A program made the position numbers and the translations under genes. The notes under the pieces are model-generated. The model saw only the letters and a program-made list of their open reading frames with translations. It was not told where the DNA came from and searched no databases. From an uncultured virus (IMG/VR IMGVR_UViG_3300002835_000092) (lineage: Duplodnaviria > Heunggongvirae > Uroviricota > Caudoviricetes), in IMG/VR virus record IMGVR_UViG_3300002835_000092: DNA of 29,562 nucleotides. One strand, written 5' to 3'. Shown here in pieces: positions 1-8,908 of this stretch. Every line of letters starts with the position of its first letter. Position 1 is the stretch's first letter.

Positions 1-107
1 TGTAAAGGGTCATTATTTCTAATATACTCTTTACCTTTAATTAATAATGTTTCTTTGATTTTTTGTAATCTGTTTTCAATTACTTTGTCAAATTCCTCTT
101 GTGTCAT
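1..107 (-). CDS. 5' part of a gene running off the window; possible DUF1599/MazG-like nucleotide-metabolism protein
   Basis: ATG at 107..105 overlaps the stop of the upstream ORF (ATGA). Reads MTQEEFDKVIENRLQKIKETLLIKGKEYIRNNDPL..., a helical K-x2-EY-x4-D pattern seen in such phage proteins. Confidence 0.5.
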   Translation of the reverse strand, partial: MTQEEFDKVIENRLQKIKETLLIKGKEYIRNNDPL

Positions 108-346
108 AATTCTACAAATTCTATAGATTCTTTATGTAATTCAGTCATTACCATTAAATCTTGATTATCAAATTTTTCATTAGATTCATCCATAGATTCT
201 TGTATTAAACCTACTTCATATTGACCAGATTTCCCAGAAATATTATCATCATTTTGCATTGCTGGTGTAACTTGTTCTCTTATGAATCTTTTAAATCCTG
301 GAGTAAATTCTGGATTTAATGCTACTTTAAATAGTGATTGCCACAT
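104..346 (-). CDS. hypothetical protein (80 aa)
   Basis: ATG with TAAATTATG context, translationally coupled to the next gene. Confidence 0.7.
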   Translation of the reverse strand: MWQSLFKVALNPEFTPGFKRFIREQVTPAMQNDDNISGKSGQYEVGLIQESMDESNEKFDNQDLMVMTELHKESIEFVEL

Positions 347-359
347 AATTTATAATTTT

Positions 360-398
360 AAAAAAATCAAAGTGAAGCATTTCTACTTCACTTTGATT
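360..398 (-). terminator. intrinsic terminator after HU gene
   Basis: 13-bp inverted repeat AATCAAAGTGAAG/CTTCACTTTGATT (365-377/386-398) followed by a T-run on the minus strand. Confidence 0.75.
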
Positions 399-411
399 AT
401 AATTTATAAAA

Positions 412-666
412 CTATTTAGCTCCTTTGAAACTAAATACTTCTCTTGCAGCAATAGTAAGAGTTTCTCCTGTTTTAGGATTTCTACCTTGTCTTGCAGCTT
501 TCTTAACATTTGAGAAAGTACCATAACCTTGAATGGTTAATTTACCATCTTCAATAGCAAGATTTTTACAAGAAGTTAATACAGCTTGAATGTTTTTTTC
601 AGCTTCATCTTTTGTCAAACCTGTAACTTCTTGTACAGCTTTTGTTAGTTTTGCATTATTATTCAT
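412..666 (-). CDS. HU/IHF-family histone-like DNA-binding protein
   Basis: Signature GYGTF...ARQGRNPKTGETLTIAA...FK, 84 aa. Confidence 0.95.
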   Translation of the reverse strand: MNNNAKLTKAVQEVTGLTKDEAEKNIQAVLTSCKNLAIEDGKLTIQGYGTFSNVKKAARQGRNPKTGETLTIAAREVFSFKGAK

Positions 667-687
667 AATAAAGATTAGAGGTTTCCT

Positions 688-1278
688 TTACTCCTCAAGG
701 TTCTTATAATTAAAAAATTCTTTTTGTTTTTCAGGAGGGAAGTCATATTCTATTCCTTCTCCTTTCAAGTCATTATGTGTCAAAAGTGTACCAAATGAAT
801 CATTTACTTTTTTGATAAATATGTCTCTCATACTTAAAGATTTAGTTAAAACTTTTTTAGCTTCCGAATCTTTTGGAAAAAATTGTTCTAATTCATCTTT
901 ACAATACATTTTACTGTATTTACCTTCATTGAATTTATCATAAACATCACTATGACTTTCTGGAAATTTAATAACAACCATGTGTTTTCTACCTCTTTCA
1001 ATATCATCATAAGCATAATCAGTAACATAATATTCCTGATGTTTAAGATAATTTAGAAAGTTTTGAAATTTTGCAGGTTGATACAACTTGTCTGATAAAA
1101 TATAAATCAATCTTTGTTGTTCAAAATCAGTACCATCTAATAGACAGTCATGTATTCCAAATGCTAAATTAAAGACAGAATTTAATTTTACTACAAATGT
1201 TGGACCATGCAGTTTTAAACAAGGTAATAAATATTTATAAGTTTTATTTACATATATTTTTCCTAATTCTATTTGCAT
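688..1278 (-). CDS. hypothetical phage protein (196 aa)
   Basis: Long ORF tightly packed in the operon; no motif recognised. Confidence 0.8.
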   Translation of the reverse strand: MQIELGKIYVNKTYKYLLPCLKLHGPTFVVKLNSVFNLAFGIHDCLLDGTDFEQQRLIYILSDKLYQPAKFQNFLNYLKHQEYYVTDYAYDDIERGRKHMVVIKFPESHSDVYDKFNEGKYSKMYCKDELEQFFPKDSEAKKVLTKSLSMRDIFIKKVNDSFGTLLTHNDLKGEGIEYDFPPEKQKEFFNYKNLEE

Positions 1279-1281
1279 AAT

Positions 1282-2520
1282 TTATACATTTATAATACCA
1301 TTCCAATCAACAATTAAATGTTCATTTTTTTCATCAGCTTCTATAATATCTTTATCCATTTCCCATCCTTTTTCTGTATGGTATATAAATAAATCAATTA
1401 ATTGGTCAAAACCATCAATTTTAGACAATATAACATATTGTTCTGGAATACTTGTTGAAAATGAAGTATCAACAACAGTATAAGATGGTCTTCCCTCTTT
1501 ACCTATTTTCAATAATGTTTCTGACATTTGATAAATAAGTGGTTTTCCAGGATTTATAGTAGATTCTACTATGAATTTGAAAGGTTTTAGTACATCAAGA
1601 TTATTTTGTAAAGCATAATAATCAATTAATGCAGCAGAATACCAAGCACCTTGAATATCATATCTATAAGATTTGATACTACTCAAGAAATCAACAGTAT
1701 TTCCAGACATTGTTTTTAAATCAATACCTTCAACACTAATAATTTTACCTTGTTCATCTCTAACTACAACAACTAAATCTAATAGAGCTTTACATTCTAC
1801 ACCTTTATAATTAAAATATATAGGCATTTGATAAATAAATGTTACATTCTCAAATTCTGATTGTGATTCTCTATCAAAATATTTAGCTGTTCTCCAATGT
1901 GTTTTCAAAGAAGAAGTTATATTCAATATTTTATTATGAGTAGTAGAATCAATAATAGTTTTACCAAAAGATTTTGATAAATCTTGAAAATACTCTGTTC
2001 CTGGTTCACAAATAGCTTTTATTTTTGCTTCTGCTCCCCATCTTGATTGATAGTTTACTTCTGCACAAGCATCAAGAATATATGCTTCCCAATCATGTAA
2101 ATAACCAGCAAATTCAGGAAAAGATTTTTGTAATTCAGGAAATTCCAAAGTATCATTTTCAATACTAATATGGTCTCCATTATCTTTAACTTCAACAGCA
2201 TCTTTTACAGGATAACTATTTATCAAATTATCATAATCCTCTTTTACTCTATTAAATACTGACAAGATTATTCCAGCAACAGCATCAGAAGGAGCTTTTT
2301 CTAATGAAGAAACATAGAATGCTTTTTCAAATTCTCCTTCTTCTCCTGTTAGTATGGTATCTACAGCTTTACCTAAAATAATATGAGGTTTATCACTAAT
2401 GTTTTCATCATAAGTAAATAAATCTACTCCTTTTGCAATTTTTTTTAATTTAGATTGCCCTAAACTTTCTGATACATAATAAGCATCAATTTCATTCTGT
2501 GGTGTTATTATTACTCCCAT
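1282..2520 (-). CDS. PD-(D/E)xK exonuclease (RecE/exonuclease VIII, DUF3799-like)
   Basis: Motifs LGQSKLK, LGKAVD, CKALLD, IDLKT and YDIQGAWY. Confidence 0.8.
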   Translation of the reverse strand: MGVIITPQNEIDAYYVSESLGQSKLKKIAKGVDLFTYDENISDKPHIILGKAVDTILTGEEGEFEKAFYVSSLEKAPSDAVAGIILSVFNRVKEDYDNLINSYPVKDAVEVKDNGDHISIENDTLEFPELQKSFPEFAGYLHDWEAYILDACAEVNYQSRWGAEAKIKAICEPGTEYFQDLSKSFGKTIIDSTTHNKILNITSSLKTHWRTAKYFDRESQSEFENVTFIYQMPIYFNYKGVECKALLDLVVVVRDEQGKIISVEGIDLKTMSGNTVDFLSSIKSYRYDIQGAWYSAALIDYYALQNNLDVLKPFKFIVESTINPGKPLIYQMSETLLKIGKEGRPSYTVVDTSFSTSIPEQYVILSKIDGFDQLIDLFIYHTEKGWEMDKDIIEADEKNEHLIVDWNGIINV

Positions 2521-3025
2521 TTTCGATGTAGTGTTTTAATATTATTTCATTTTTAAAAACTTCAAATGTCATACTCACAATAGTTTTAAATTCAGAGTTC
2601 ATATCAAATTTAAAATCTTTCAAAGTATCATACTTTAAAAAAGGACTTTTTGTCTGAAATATATCGAATTGTTGTAATGACATGTAAACCTTTTCATGTT
2701 CAGGAAGTCTTTTATGACCTCTTCCTACTTCTTCGTAGTGAACTAACAATAAAGGTTTCTTAAAAACTTCATCTTCTTTTGGGAACATTGCTTGAATACA
2801 GCTATACATAGCAAACAACTCTTTACCTACATTCATGTTTTTTTGTTTACCAGCTTTGATTTGCAAATTAAATGGAATATACATTAAATCTATCTTTGCA
2901 TTATCATGTTTTTTGCTGACAAAACGAGAAGTTTCACAAAAATTAAAACCTAAATCTCTAAATTTTATGGCATATAATCTTTCTGCATTACTTCCTTTTC
3001 TTTTATTTGTCTTTCCTATTCCCAT
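2492..3025 (-). CDS. Hjc-like Holliday junction resolvase / PD-(D/E)xK nuclease
   Basis: N-terminal KRKGSNAER, then TSR, IDL and LQIK motifs. Confidence 0.65.
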   Translation of the reverse strand: MGIGKTNKRKGSNAERLYAIKFRDLGFNFCETSRFVSKKHDNAKIDLMYIPFNLQIKAGKQKNMNVGKELFAMYSCIQAMFPKEDEVFKKPLLLVHYEEVGRGHKRLPEHEKVYMSLQQFDIFQTKSPFLKYDTLKDFKFDMNSEFKTIVSMTFEVFKNEIILKHYIENGSNNNTTE

Positions 3026-3071
3026 TAAGGTTTTTAATTTAATTAAACAATTAAAAACTTTATGTTACAAA

Positions 3072-4148
3072 TTAGAAGGGTAAATCTTCAACTTGTGGCT
3101 CTTCTGTATCATCAATTAAATTGATTACAGTTCTTCTTCTTGTAGTTGGTTCATCTAAAGGTTCATTTCCTAAAACACTATTAACAAATGCTTCTGCTGG
3201 AGTTACTGGATATTCATTATAAGAATCAGTAAAACTATTCAGAAGAGTAGAAGGATTAATTAAATTCTCATTTATCAATCTTCTTGATTCTTCTATATTA
3301 ATAGAATTAAGATAATCAGCACTAATAGGATTAATAGGGTCAATAGCACCTCTTCTTCTCATTTGAGCTACAATACCTTCCATTTTAGGAATTTCTTCTT
3401 CCCATATAACCTCATCAGTTTTAATAGGAACAAATTTTCTTTGTCTATCCTCAATTTTACTACCTATTCCAGGATTAAAAGTTTTGAATTGTTCATTACT
3501 TTTAAACATAATATTACCTACATTATCTCTTAAATGATTTTGTAATTCATCTACAGTATTGAATTTCAATTCAAACTCATTAGAATAAGTTAATTTTTCA
3601 ATTTTAGAAGTTGTGGTAAATACTACTGGAATTTCAGCTTTGTAAGCATCTAAAATATATTCTTTTTCTAATTTTTTATAGAAATTTGAATATACAGGAT
3701 TAGTTAGTAATTCAGTAGAAATTAATAAAGTTAAATGTTTAGCATTTTCTTTAGGAATTGAAACATTTGAATACCTTGATTGATAATGTAAACTTAATCT
3801 ATCAGGTTTAGTAGTCAATACCATAAGAAGTTCATCTTTTTCATTAACTATATAACCTTTTGCTACATGAATTATTATCTTTTCTTCTCCTACACCTAAA
3901 TTAAAAGGATATAAACCAACAGATTCATTTATCATTCCAAGAAAATCTCTTAAATTAAATTTTTTTGGTGAATTTTTATTTAATGCTGGTCTATTATAAA
4001 TTATAAAGTCTCCTTCATAAATTCTTTGATGTCGAGAACCTTCTCTATGACAATTAATTATAGGTATAAAATAAGAAGTAGCTGATGAACCAATTTTAAA
4101 CTCATTACCAGAGAACTCACTACTATAAGTTTCAGTTAATTGTAACAT
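3072..4148 (-). CDS. hypothetical protein with acidic SSB-like C-terminal tip (VEDLPF)
   Basis: 358 aa ORF starting 2 nt after the E1 stop; low-complexity acidic tail ending DLPF. Confidence 0.8.
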   Translation of the reverse strand: MLQLTETYSSEFSGNEFKIGSSATSYFIPIINCHREGSRHQRIYEGDFIIYNRPALNKNSPKKFNLRDFLGMINESVGLYPFNLGVGEEKIIIHVAKGYIVNEKDELLMVLTTKPDRLSLHYQSRYSNVSIPKENAKHLTLLISTELLTNPVYSNFYKKLEKEYILDAYKAEIPVVFTTTSKIEKLTYSNEFELKFNTVDELQNHLRDNVGNIMFKSNEQFKTFNPGIGSKIEDRQRKFVPIKTDEVIWEEEIPKMEGIVAQMRRRGAIDPINPISADYLNSINIEESRRLINENLINPSTLLNSFTDSYNEYPVTPAEAFVNSVLGNEPLDEPTTRRRTVINLIDDTEEPQVEDLPF

Positions 4149-4150
4149 AT

Positions 4151-4828
4151 TTAAAACTTATTAGTGGTTAAAGCTAAAGGAATAAAGAACTCGTGATAAA
4201 AGGGAACATCTCTCACAACTTCTCTTTCATATATGTTTGTCATGTGATTAGTGAAAAAAGCAGTCATTAAAGTAGCTATCATAGCTGCTGCATGTGAAGT
4301 TTGTTTCATTGTGCAAGGTGCATCTTCAACTTCTTCATCAGTAAATAATGTTTTTTCATAATCTGCAATTCTGTCTGGAGTTACACAGAAAATTTGCAAT
4401 TGTTCCATTTCTAATCTACCATCAATTAAAATAGGTGTTACTGCACAATTTTCAATACTTCTTTTCCAGTTTTCAAACATATTTTTTCTTGCTAACATAT
4501 TGTCAAAACCAGAAAACATAAAATAGTGAGTTGGAGAGTTTTCATCTATTCTATTGTTAAATCCTGACATTGAATCATTAGCAAATTCCTTAATAATTTC
4601 AGATAAGGCAGAAACTTTATGTTTCCCTACATCTGAAAGTCTAAATAATTGACCTCCTGTATTATGTTCTTCAATAATATCAAAGTCATATACAATTGGT
4701 TTAAATCCTGCTCTTGCAAGAAATAATGTGAGCCAAGAGGAAATTCCTCCTGCTCCACCTACCATTACAGTTTCATTTTCTTTTGGAAACCAAGGGGCAT
4801 CTTTAAATCTATTATACTGTTGTGTCAT
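4151..4828 (-). CDS. E1-like / ThiF-MoeB family adenylyltransferase
   Basis: VGGAGGIS nucleotide-binding loop, DFDIIEEHNTGGQ, DNMLARK, IDGR and candidate catalytic Cys in DAPCTMK. ATG at 4828 preferred over TTG at 4837. Confidence 0.9.
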   Translation of the reverse strand: MTQQYNRFKDAPWFPKENETVMVGGAGGISSWLTLFLARAGFKPIVYDFDIIEEHNTGGQLFRLSDVGKHKVSALSEIIKEFANDSMSGFNNRIDENSPTHYFMFSGFDNMLARKNMFENWKRSIENCAVTPILIDGRLEMEQLQIFCVTPDRIADYEKTLFTDEEVEDAPCTMKQTSHAAAMIATLMTAFFTNHMTNIYEREVVRDVPFYHEFFIPLALTTNKF

Positions 4829-6068
4829 TTTTCTCAAATTCTACAATCATAGCTTTAATAGCTTCAATTGTTACATTAATAAATGGAAATTGCATAACTT
4901 CGTCTTCTAATAAATCAATTACAGTATATGTATCTTCAATAAATTCTTCATCAGTAGAATCAGGAAAATGTTTGTCATACAAAAATGTGTAATTTTCAAT
5001 AACAGAGGAAGCAATTTGATAAGCATGTACTTCTAAATCTTCTAATAAAACTAAAGCATCTTCAAGATTTTCATCAGGTTCAATAGGAGTAGTAAATTTC
5101 ATTAACTCTACCAAGAATGTATCAATTGGACTTAATTCATCAATTTCTGATAAATCATCAAAAGTTCTAAAATCAATCATAGAAGCAATATCTTTTATTT
5201 TTTTACCTCTTTTTGATAATTTACTTTCATCTATTTTATAATGCTTGATTTTGTTAGCTAATTTAGCATTTTCTAAATTATTTACTACTGGAATAGCAGT
5301 AGGAGTATTAGGAACAAATTTACCATTAATCCATTTACCATTACTAAATGCTGTATTAACAGCAGGATATGTGTGAGGAGTAAATTGTTTAATAGGTTTA
5401 GGTTTCATAATTTCCTTAACTCTATTATCAAATCCCTCTTCCACAATTACTTGTTCAAATGGAGAAATAATTTCACAATCATAGACAAACATTTTATCTT
5501 TTTTCAAAGTAATATTTGGTCTATCAATTATGTATTTAGTTCCATCTTCATCATTTGCTAAATATGGAATTTCTTTAATTTCTTGTTCTAAACTTGCTAC
5601 AAAAGCAACTTTAGCCATAAAATCCATATAATTATTAACAATTAATGATAAATAAAAGTTGTGTGATGGAGAATTATCATTTAATTCAGCCATATCAGTA
5701 CCAGAGAAAAACACAGCCATAGTATTATGACTATGAATATGACCTACATACCAATCCATTCTTTTTTCATCTTCCATTAGATAATCAAGGTATCTATCAT
5801 CAAGCTCATATTCTGTATAAGCTGATGTTCCTTTATCTAATGGTAAAATATCTTCCAGTTTTATTTTGAATGTTAGTGGGTCTTTAATACTACCTTCAAT
5901 AGAGTAGAATAAAGCACCAGACCATTCATCTTTGTTTATATTTTTACAAAGGTACTTGATTTTGTTCAGAATCTCTTCTGACATAATTACTGGAAGTTTC
6001 AATGTAGTTAATTCCGCTACCTCTAACACAGGCTTTGTAAATTTCGGATTCGAGTTGTTTACAGACAT
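4812..6068 (-). CDS. JAB/MPN+ (JAMM) metalloprotease, deubiquitinase-like, with acidic C-terminal domain
   Basis: EWSG catalytic Glu plus GHIHSHNTMAVFFSGTD, matching HxHx7Sx2D. Confidence 0.9.
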   Translation of the reverse strand: MSVNNSNPKFTKPVLEVAELTTLKLPVIMSEEILNKIKYLCKNINKDEWSGALFYSIEGSIKDPLTFKIKLEDILPLDKGTSAYTEYELDDRYLDYLMEDEKRMDWYVGHIHSHNTMAVFFSGTDMAELNDNSPSHNFYLSLIVNNYMDFMAKVAFVASLEQEIKEIPYLANDEDGTKYIIDRPNITLKKDKMFVYDCEIISPFEQVIVEEGFDNRVKEIMKPKPIKQFTPHTYPAVNTAFSNGKWINGKFVPNTPTAIPVVNNLENAKLANKIKHYKIDESKLSKRGKKIKDIASMIDFRTFDDLSEIDELSPIDTFLVELMKFTTPIEPDENLEDALVLLEDLEVHAYQIASSVIENYTFLYDKHFPDSTDEEFIEDTYTVIDLLEDEVMQFPFINVTIEAIKAMIVEFEKNDTTV

Positions 6069-7200
6069 AATCTAAAAAATTAGGATAAATTCCATATTCG
6101 GAAATATCAATTGTTGTTATTTGTTCAATAGGTAATATATTGAAAGATAATTTCTTACCTTGAATATATAGGAAAGGCATTTCACCAGAACCTTGTTCTT
6201 TTATTCTATTTGTGATTAATTGTGGACCAGAAATCATTTGTCCTATTTCAGGATATGTGTAAAATTCACCATCACTTCCTTTTTTGCAAACAACTTTTAC
6301 AATATAATCTTTAAGATTTTCATTAGATAAAAATGCTTCTCTTAAATATTCTGTAAAAACAGAATCTTTTTTAATTTTATATATATTATCCATATATACA
6401 AAATTAAAAGGTAGTTTTTGTGAAACAGATAATTCATAATTTTGAAATTCTCTATAAATACCTATAATATCAGATGTTTGAGTAGTAACTCTTATAGCTG
6501 CATATTCTACTGTTATTTCTCCTATTCTAAAATGAGGACCTCCTTCTAAACTTTCCCAAGCAACAAGAGAATCAATAGTATAAAGCATTAATTCAAATTT
6601 ATCTGAATCAAATTCAGCAGATAATTCAATATCTAATTCTGATAAATCTTCTGAACCAATACAAAAGTTATTTGTAGTTAAACATTCACTAAAACCAGTA
6701 ATTTTTGATATACCAGGTAGATGACTATGCATATATCCTCTATTCCATTCATCCTGTACTAATGTTAATCTTGTACCTTGTACTCTTTTAGTATAAATAC
6801 AATTATTATCAACACTAAAAGTAACAGGTAATACAACTACTAAATCTAATAGATTTCTTGATTGTTCACTACTATTTGTAATTTCTAATTTAGGATAATG
6901 AAAAATAAAACTTATTTCATAGTAATTTTTATCACTTATTCTTCTATTATTTAGATGAATATCCCACTTATCTACAAACTTTCTTTCAAAAACAGTAATT
7001 AATTCAAAAAGTTGTTCTGTAAAAATAGCATAGTTTCTTTTATGCAGAATTTCAGGTCTATCATTTGAACTAATATAGCATATTTTACCTTTATCAATCA
7101 TCTTTTTTAACCAATTTCTATTTCTGGTTAATCCTGATATTCTTGCTGAACTAATATAGTTTTGAAACTTATTAGATGATTTATTAATTTTTAAATCCAT
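5944..7200 (-). CDS. putative prokaryotic E2-like (UBC-fold) conjugating enzyme
   Basis: YMHSHLP...NFCIG resembles the E2 HPN(I/V)...(I/V)CLG active-site region; lies between the Ubl and JAB/E1 genes. Confidence 0.6.
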   Translation of the reverse strand: MDLKINKSSNKFQNYISSARISGLTRNRNWLKKMIDKGKICYISSNDRPEILHKRNYAIFTEQLFELITVFERKFVDKWDIHLNNRRISDKNYYEISFIFHYPKLEITNSSEQSRNLLDLVVVLPVTFSVDNNCIYTKRVQGTRLTLVQDEWNRGYMHSHLPGISKITGFSECLTTNNFCIGSEDLSELDIELSAEFDSDKFELMLYTIDSLVAWESLEGGPHFRIGEITVEYAAIRVTTQTSDIIGIYREFQNYELSVSQKLPFNFVYMDNIYKIKKDSVFTEYLREAFLSNENLKDYIVKVVCKKGSDGEFYTYPEIGQMISGPQLITNRIKEQGSGEMPFLYIQGKKLSFNILPIEQITTIDISEYGIYPNFLDYVCKQLESEIYKACVRGSGINYIETSSNYVRRDSEQNQVPL

Positions 7201-7214
7201 TTTTTGAAGTAATT

Positions 7215-7247
7215 AAAAAAGCTCTTTACTTATGTAAAGAGCTTTTT
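7215..7247 (-). terminator. intrinsic terminator between Ubl and E2-like genes
   Basis: Perfect hairpin AAAAAGCTCTTTAC-TTAT-GTAAAGAGCTTTTT with flanking A/T runs. Confidence 0.8.
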
Positions 7248-7265
7248 GTTATAGAAATGAAAAGA

Positions 7266-8138
7266 TTATCCAAACATTTTAGCTTCAGCAGCTAATCTGT
7301 CATCTTCTTCTTTTTCAAGTCTTTTTTGTTCTTCTTTTTCAGCTTTTTCAGTAGCAATTTTTTCTTGCTCTTCTTTTTCAGCTTTTTCTCTTGCAATTCT
7401 TCTACCTTCATCTTCAGGAGATTCATTATCTTTTGAAGCAGCAACAGAAGCTACTACATCTGCAACAGTTGTTACAGTAGCAGTATCATCATTTTCAACT
7501 TCTTCTTTTAAACCAGGTAAATAATCATCAAGAATTTCATTTGCTCTATCAGAAACATCTTCATTTTCTGTATTATCACAAATTTCTTTTAATAAAGTTT
7601 CAACTTGTTCAACTCTATCAGCATTTGTAATAGTTCTTACAGGAGTAGAAGGAGTTTCTGTTACTGTAGTAGTTTCAGTAGCTACAGGAGCAACTTCTTC
7701 TTTAACATCTGCTTTTGCAGCACCAGAAGGAGCAACAAAAGTGTTTAATAACTCTCTCAAGATTTCAGTACCTTTTGTAGTATAGTTTTTTTCTTGATTA
7801 TAGTGAGCATCTGCTGCTTCTTTAAAAGAAGTAAAATCATCTTTGATAACAGCTTTAATATCTTTATAAGATAAACCATCTCCTCTACCACCAGATTTAA
7901 CTTGTTTAGGTCTCATAAAAACAGTAAAATCACCTGCTGGTAATACTGCTGCATCATTAACAAGGTCTGTTTTGTTAATGTTTTCTGTAGCATGTAATTT
8001 GTCAAGGTCATAACCTTCACTTTTAATCAGAGATTTTAATTCACCCCAAGTTGAAACTTCTGTTTCCAATTTTGCTTTTTTTGCTCCTTTTGTAGCATAA
8101 AGTGTAATAACTCTTGCTGTACTTGTTTGTGTACTCAT
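7266..8138 (-). CDS. ubiquitin-like (beta-grasp) precursor: N-terminal Ubl ending KSGG (residues 81-84) plus ~200 aa acidic/coiled-coil extension
   Basis: Beta-beta-alpha-beta pattern (RVITLY / KLETEVSTWGELKSLI / LPAGDFTVFM) ending in GG at nt 7892-7887; adjacent to E2-like, JAB and E1 genes. Confidence 0.7.
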   Translation of the reverse strand: MSTQTSTARVITLYATKGAKKAKLETEVSTWGELKSLIKSEGYDLDKLHATENINKTDLVNDAAVLPAGDFTVFMRPKQVKSGGRGDGLSYKDIKAVIKDDFTSFKEAADAHYNQEKNYTTKGTEILRELLNTFVAPSGAAKADVKEEVAPVATETTTVTETPSTPVRTITNADRVEQVETLLKEICDNTENEDVSDRANEILDDYLPGLKEEVENDDTATVTTVADVVASVAASKDNESPEDEGRRIAREKAEKEEQEKIATEKAEKEEQKRLEKEEDDRLAAEAKMFG

Positions 8139-8158
8139 TTTTTTAATTTTTTAAAAAT

Positions 8159-8908
8159 TTACCAATTGATTTTGTTTAGAGATTTTTTCTCTAATATTGT
8201 ATTAACATAACTGAAATGATTACAACCAAAAAAACCAGCATTTGAAGAATATGCTTCTGCTGCTGGATGTGCTGCTCTTAAAATATAGTTCATATATGGA
8301 CTATTAGGAACATCTTTTATAGTTTCTTTACTATAATTTTTTACATCAAAGAGTGTTTTTTTTGGCATATTTGAAATAAACATTTGTGCTTTCTTTCCCC
8401 ACAATAACCATATACATGGATTAGTGGAAGCAATATACCAAATAACTTTCTTTGTAAAATCTTCCCAATATTTAAGATGACTTCCAGGTTTTCCTGATTC
8501 AACTGTCAAAGCTGTATTTAGTAAAAATACACCTTGTTGTTCCCAATGTTCTAAAGTTTTCCATTCAGTATTATATTCATTTAAAGTATGAGATAATGTT
8601 TGATTTAACAATTTTTCATTTTCTAACTCTTTATAAATATTTTTTAAACTTACAGGAACTTTTACATCAGAATTTACAGCAAATGCTAATCCATTTGCAT
8701 TTCCTTTTGTAGGATATGGGTCTTGACCCAAGATAACAACTTTGATTTCTGAAACAGGTTTTTGAAACACTCTAAAAATATTCTGTTTTTCTGGGTAATA
8801 TATAGAAGTAGGTAATACTTCTTGATTTAATCTTAACATTTCTTCTTGATTTAACAACCCTGTTAATAAGGGAAGCCAAGAAAAATGAATTTTGTCTGTG
8901 GGTTTCAT
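8159..8908 (-). CDS. ung: uracil-DNA glycosylase, family 1
   Basis: Motifs VVILGQDPY, GLAF, LLNTALTV, LWG and HPA. Confidence 0.95.
   Translation of the reverse strand: MKPTDKIHFSWLPLLTGLLNQEEMLRLNQEVLPTSIYYPEKQNIFRVFQKPVSEIKVVILGQDPYPTKGNANGLAFAVNSDVKVPVSLKNIYKELENEKLLNQTLSHTLNEYNTEWKTLEHWEQQGVFLLNTALTVESGKPGSHLKYWEDFTKKVIWYIASTNPCIWLLWGKKAQMFISNMPKKTLFDVKNYSKETIKDVPNSPYMNYILRAAHPAAEAYSSNAGFFGCNHFSYVNTILEKKSLNKINW

Noticed and set aside
327..524. 65-aa minus-strand ORF
   Set aside because: Alternative frame overlapping the HU gene and running through its terminator
4151..4828. ThiF as a thiamine or molybdopterin biosynthesis gene
   Set aside because: No pathway partners in the window; neighbours are JAB, E2-like and Ubl genes
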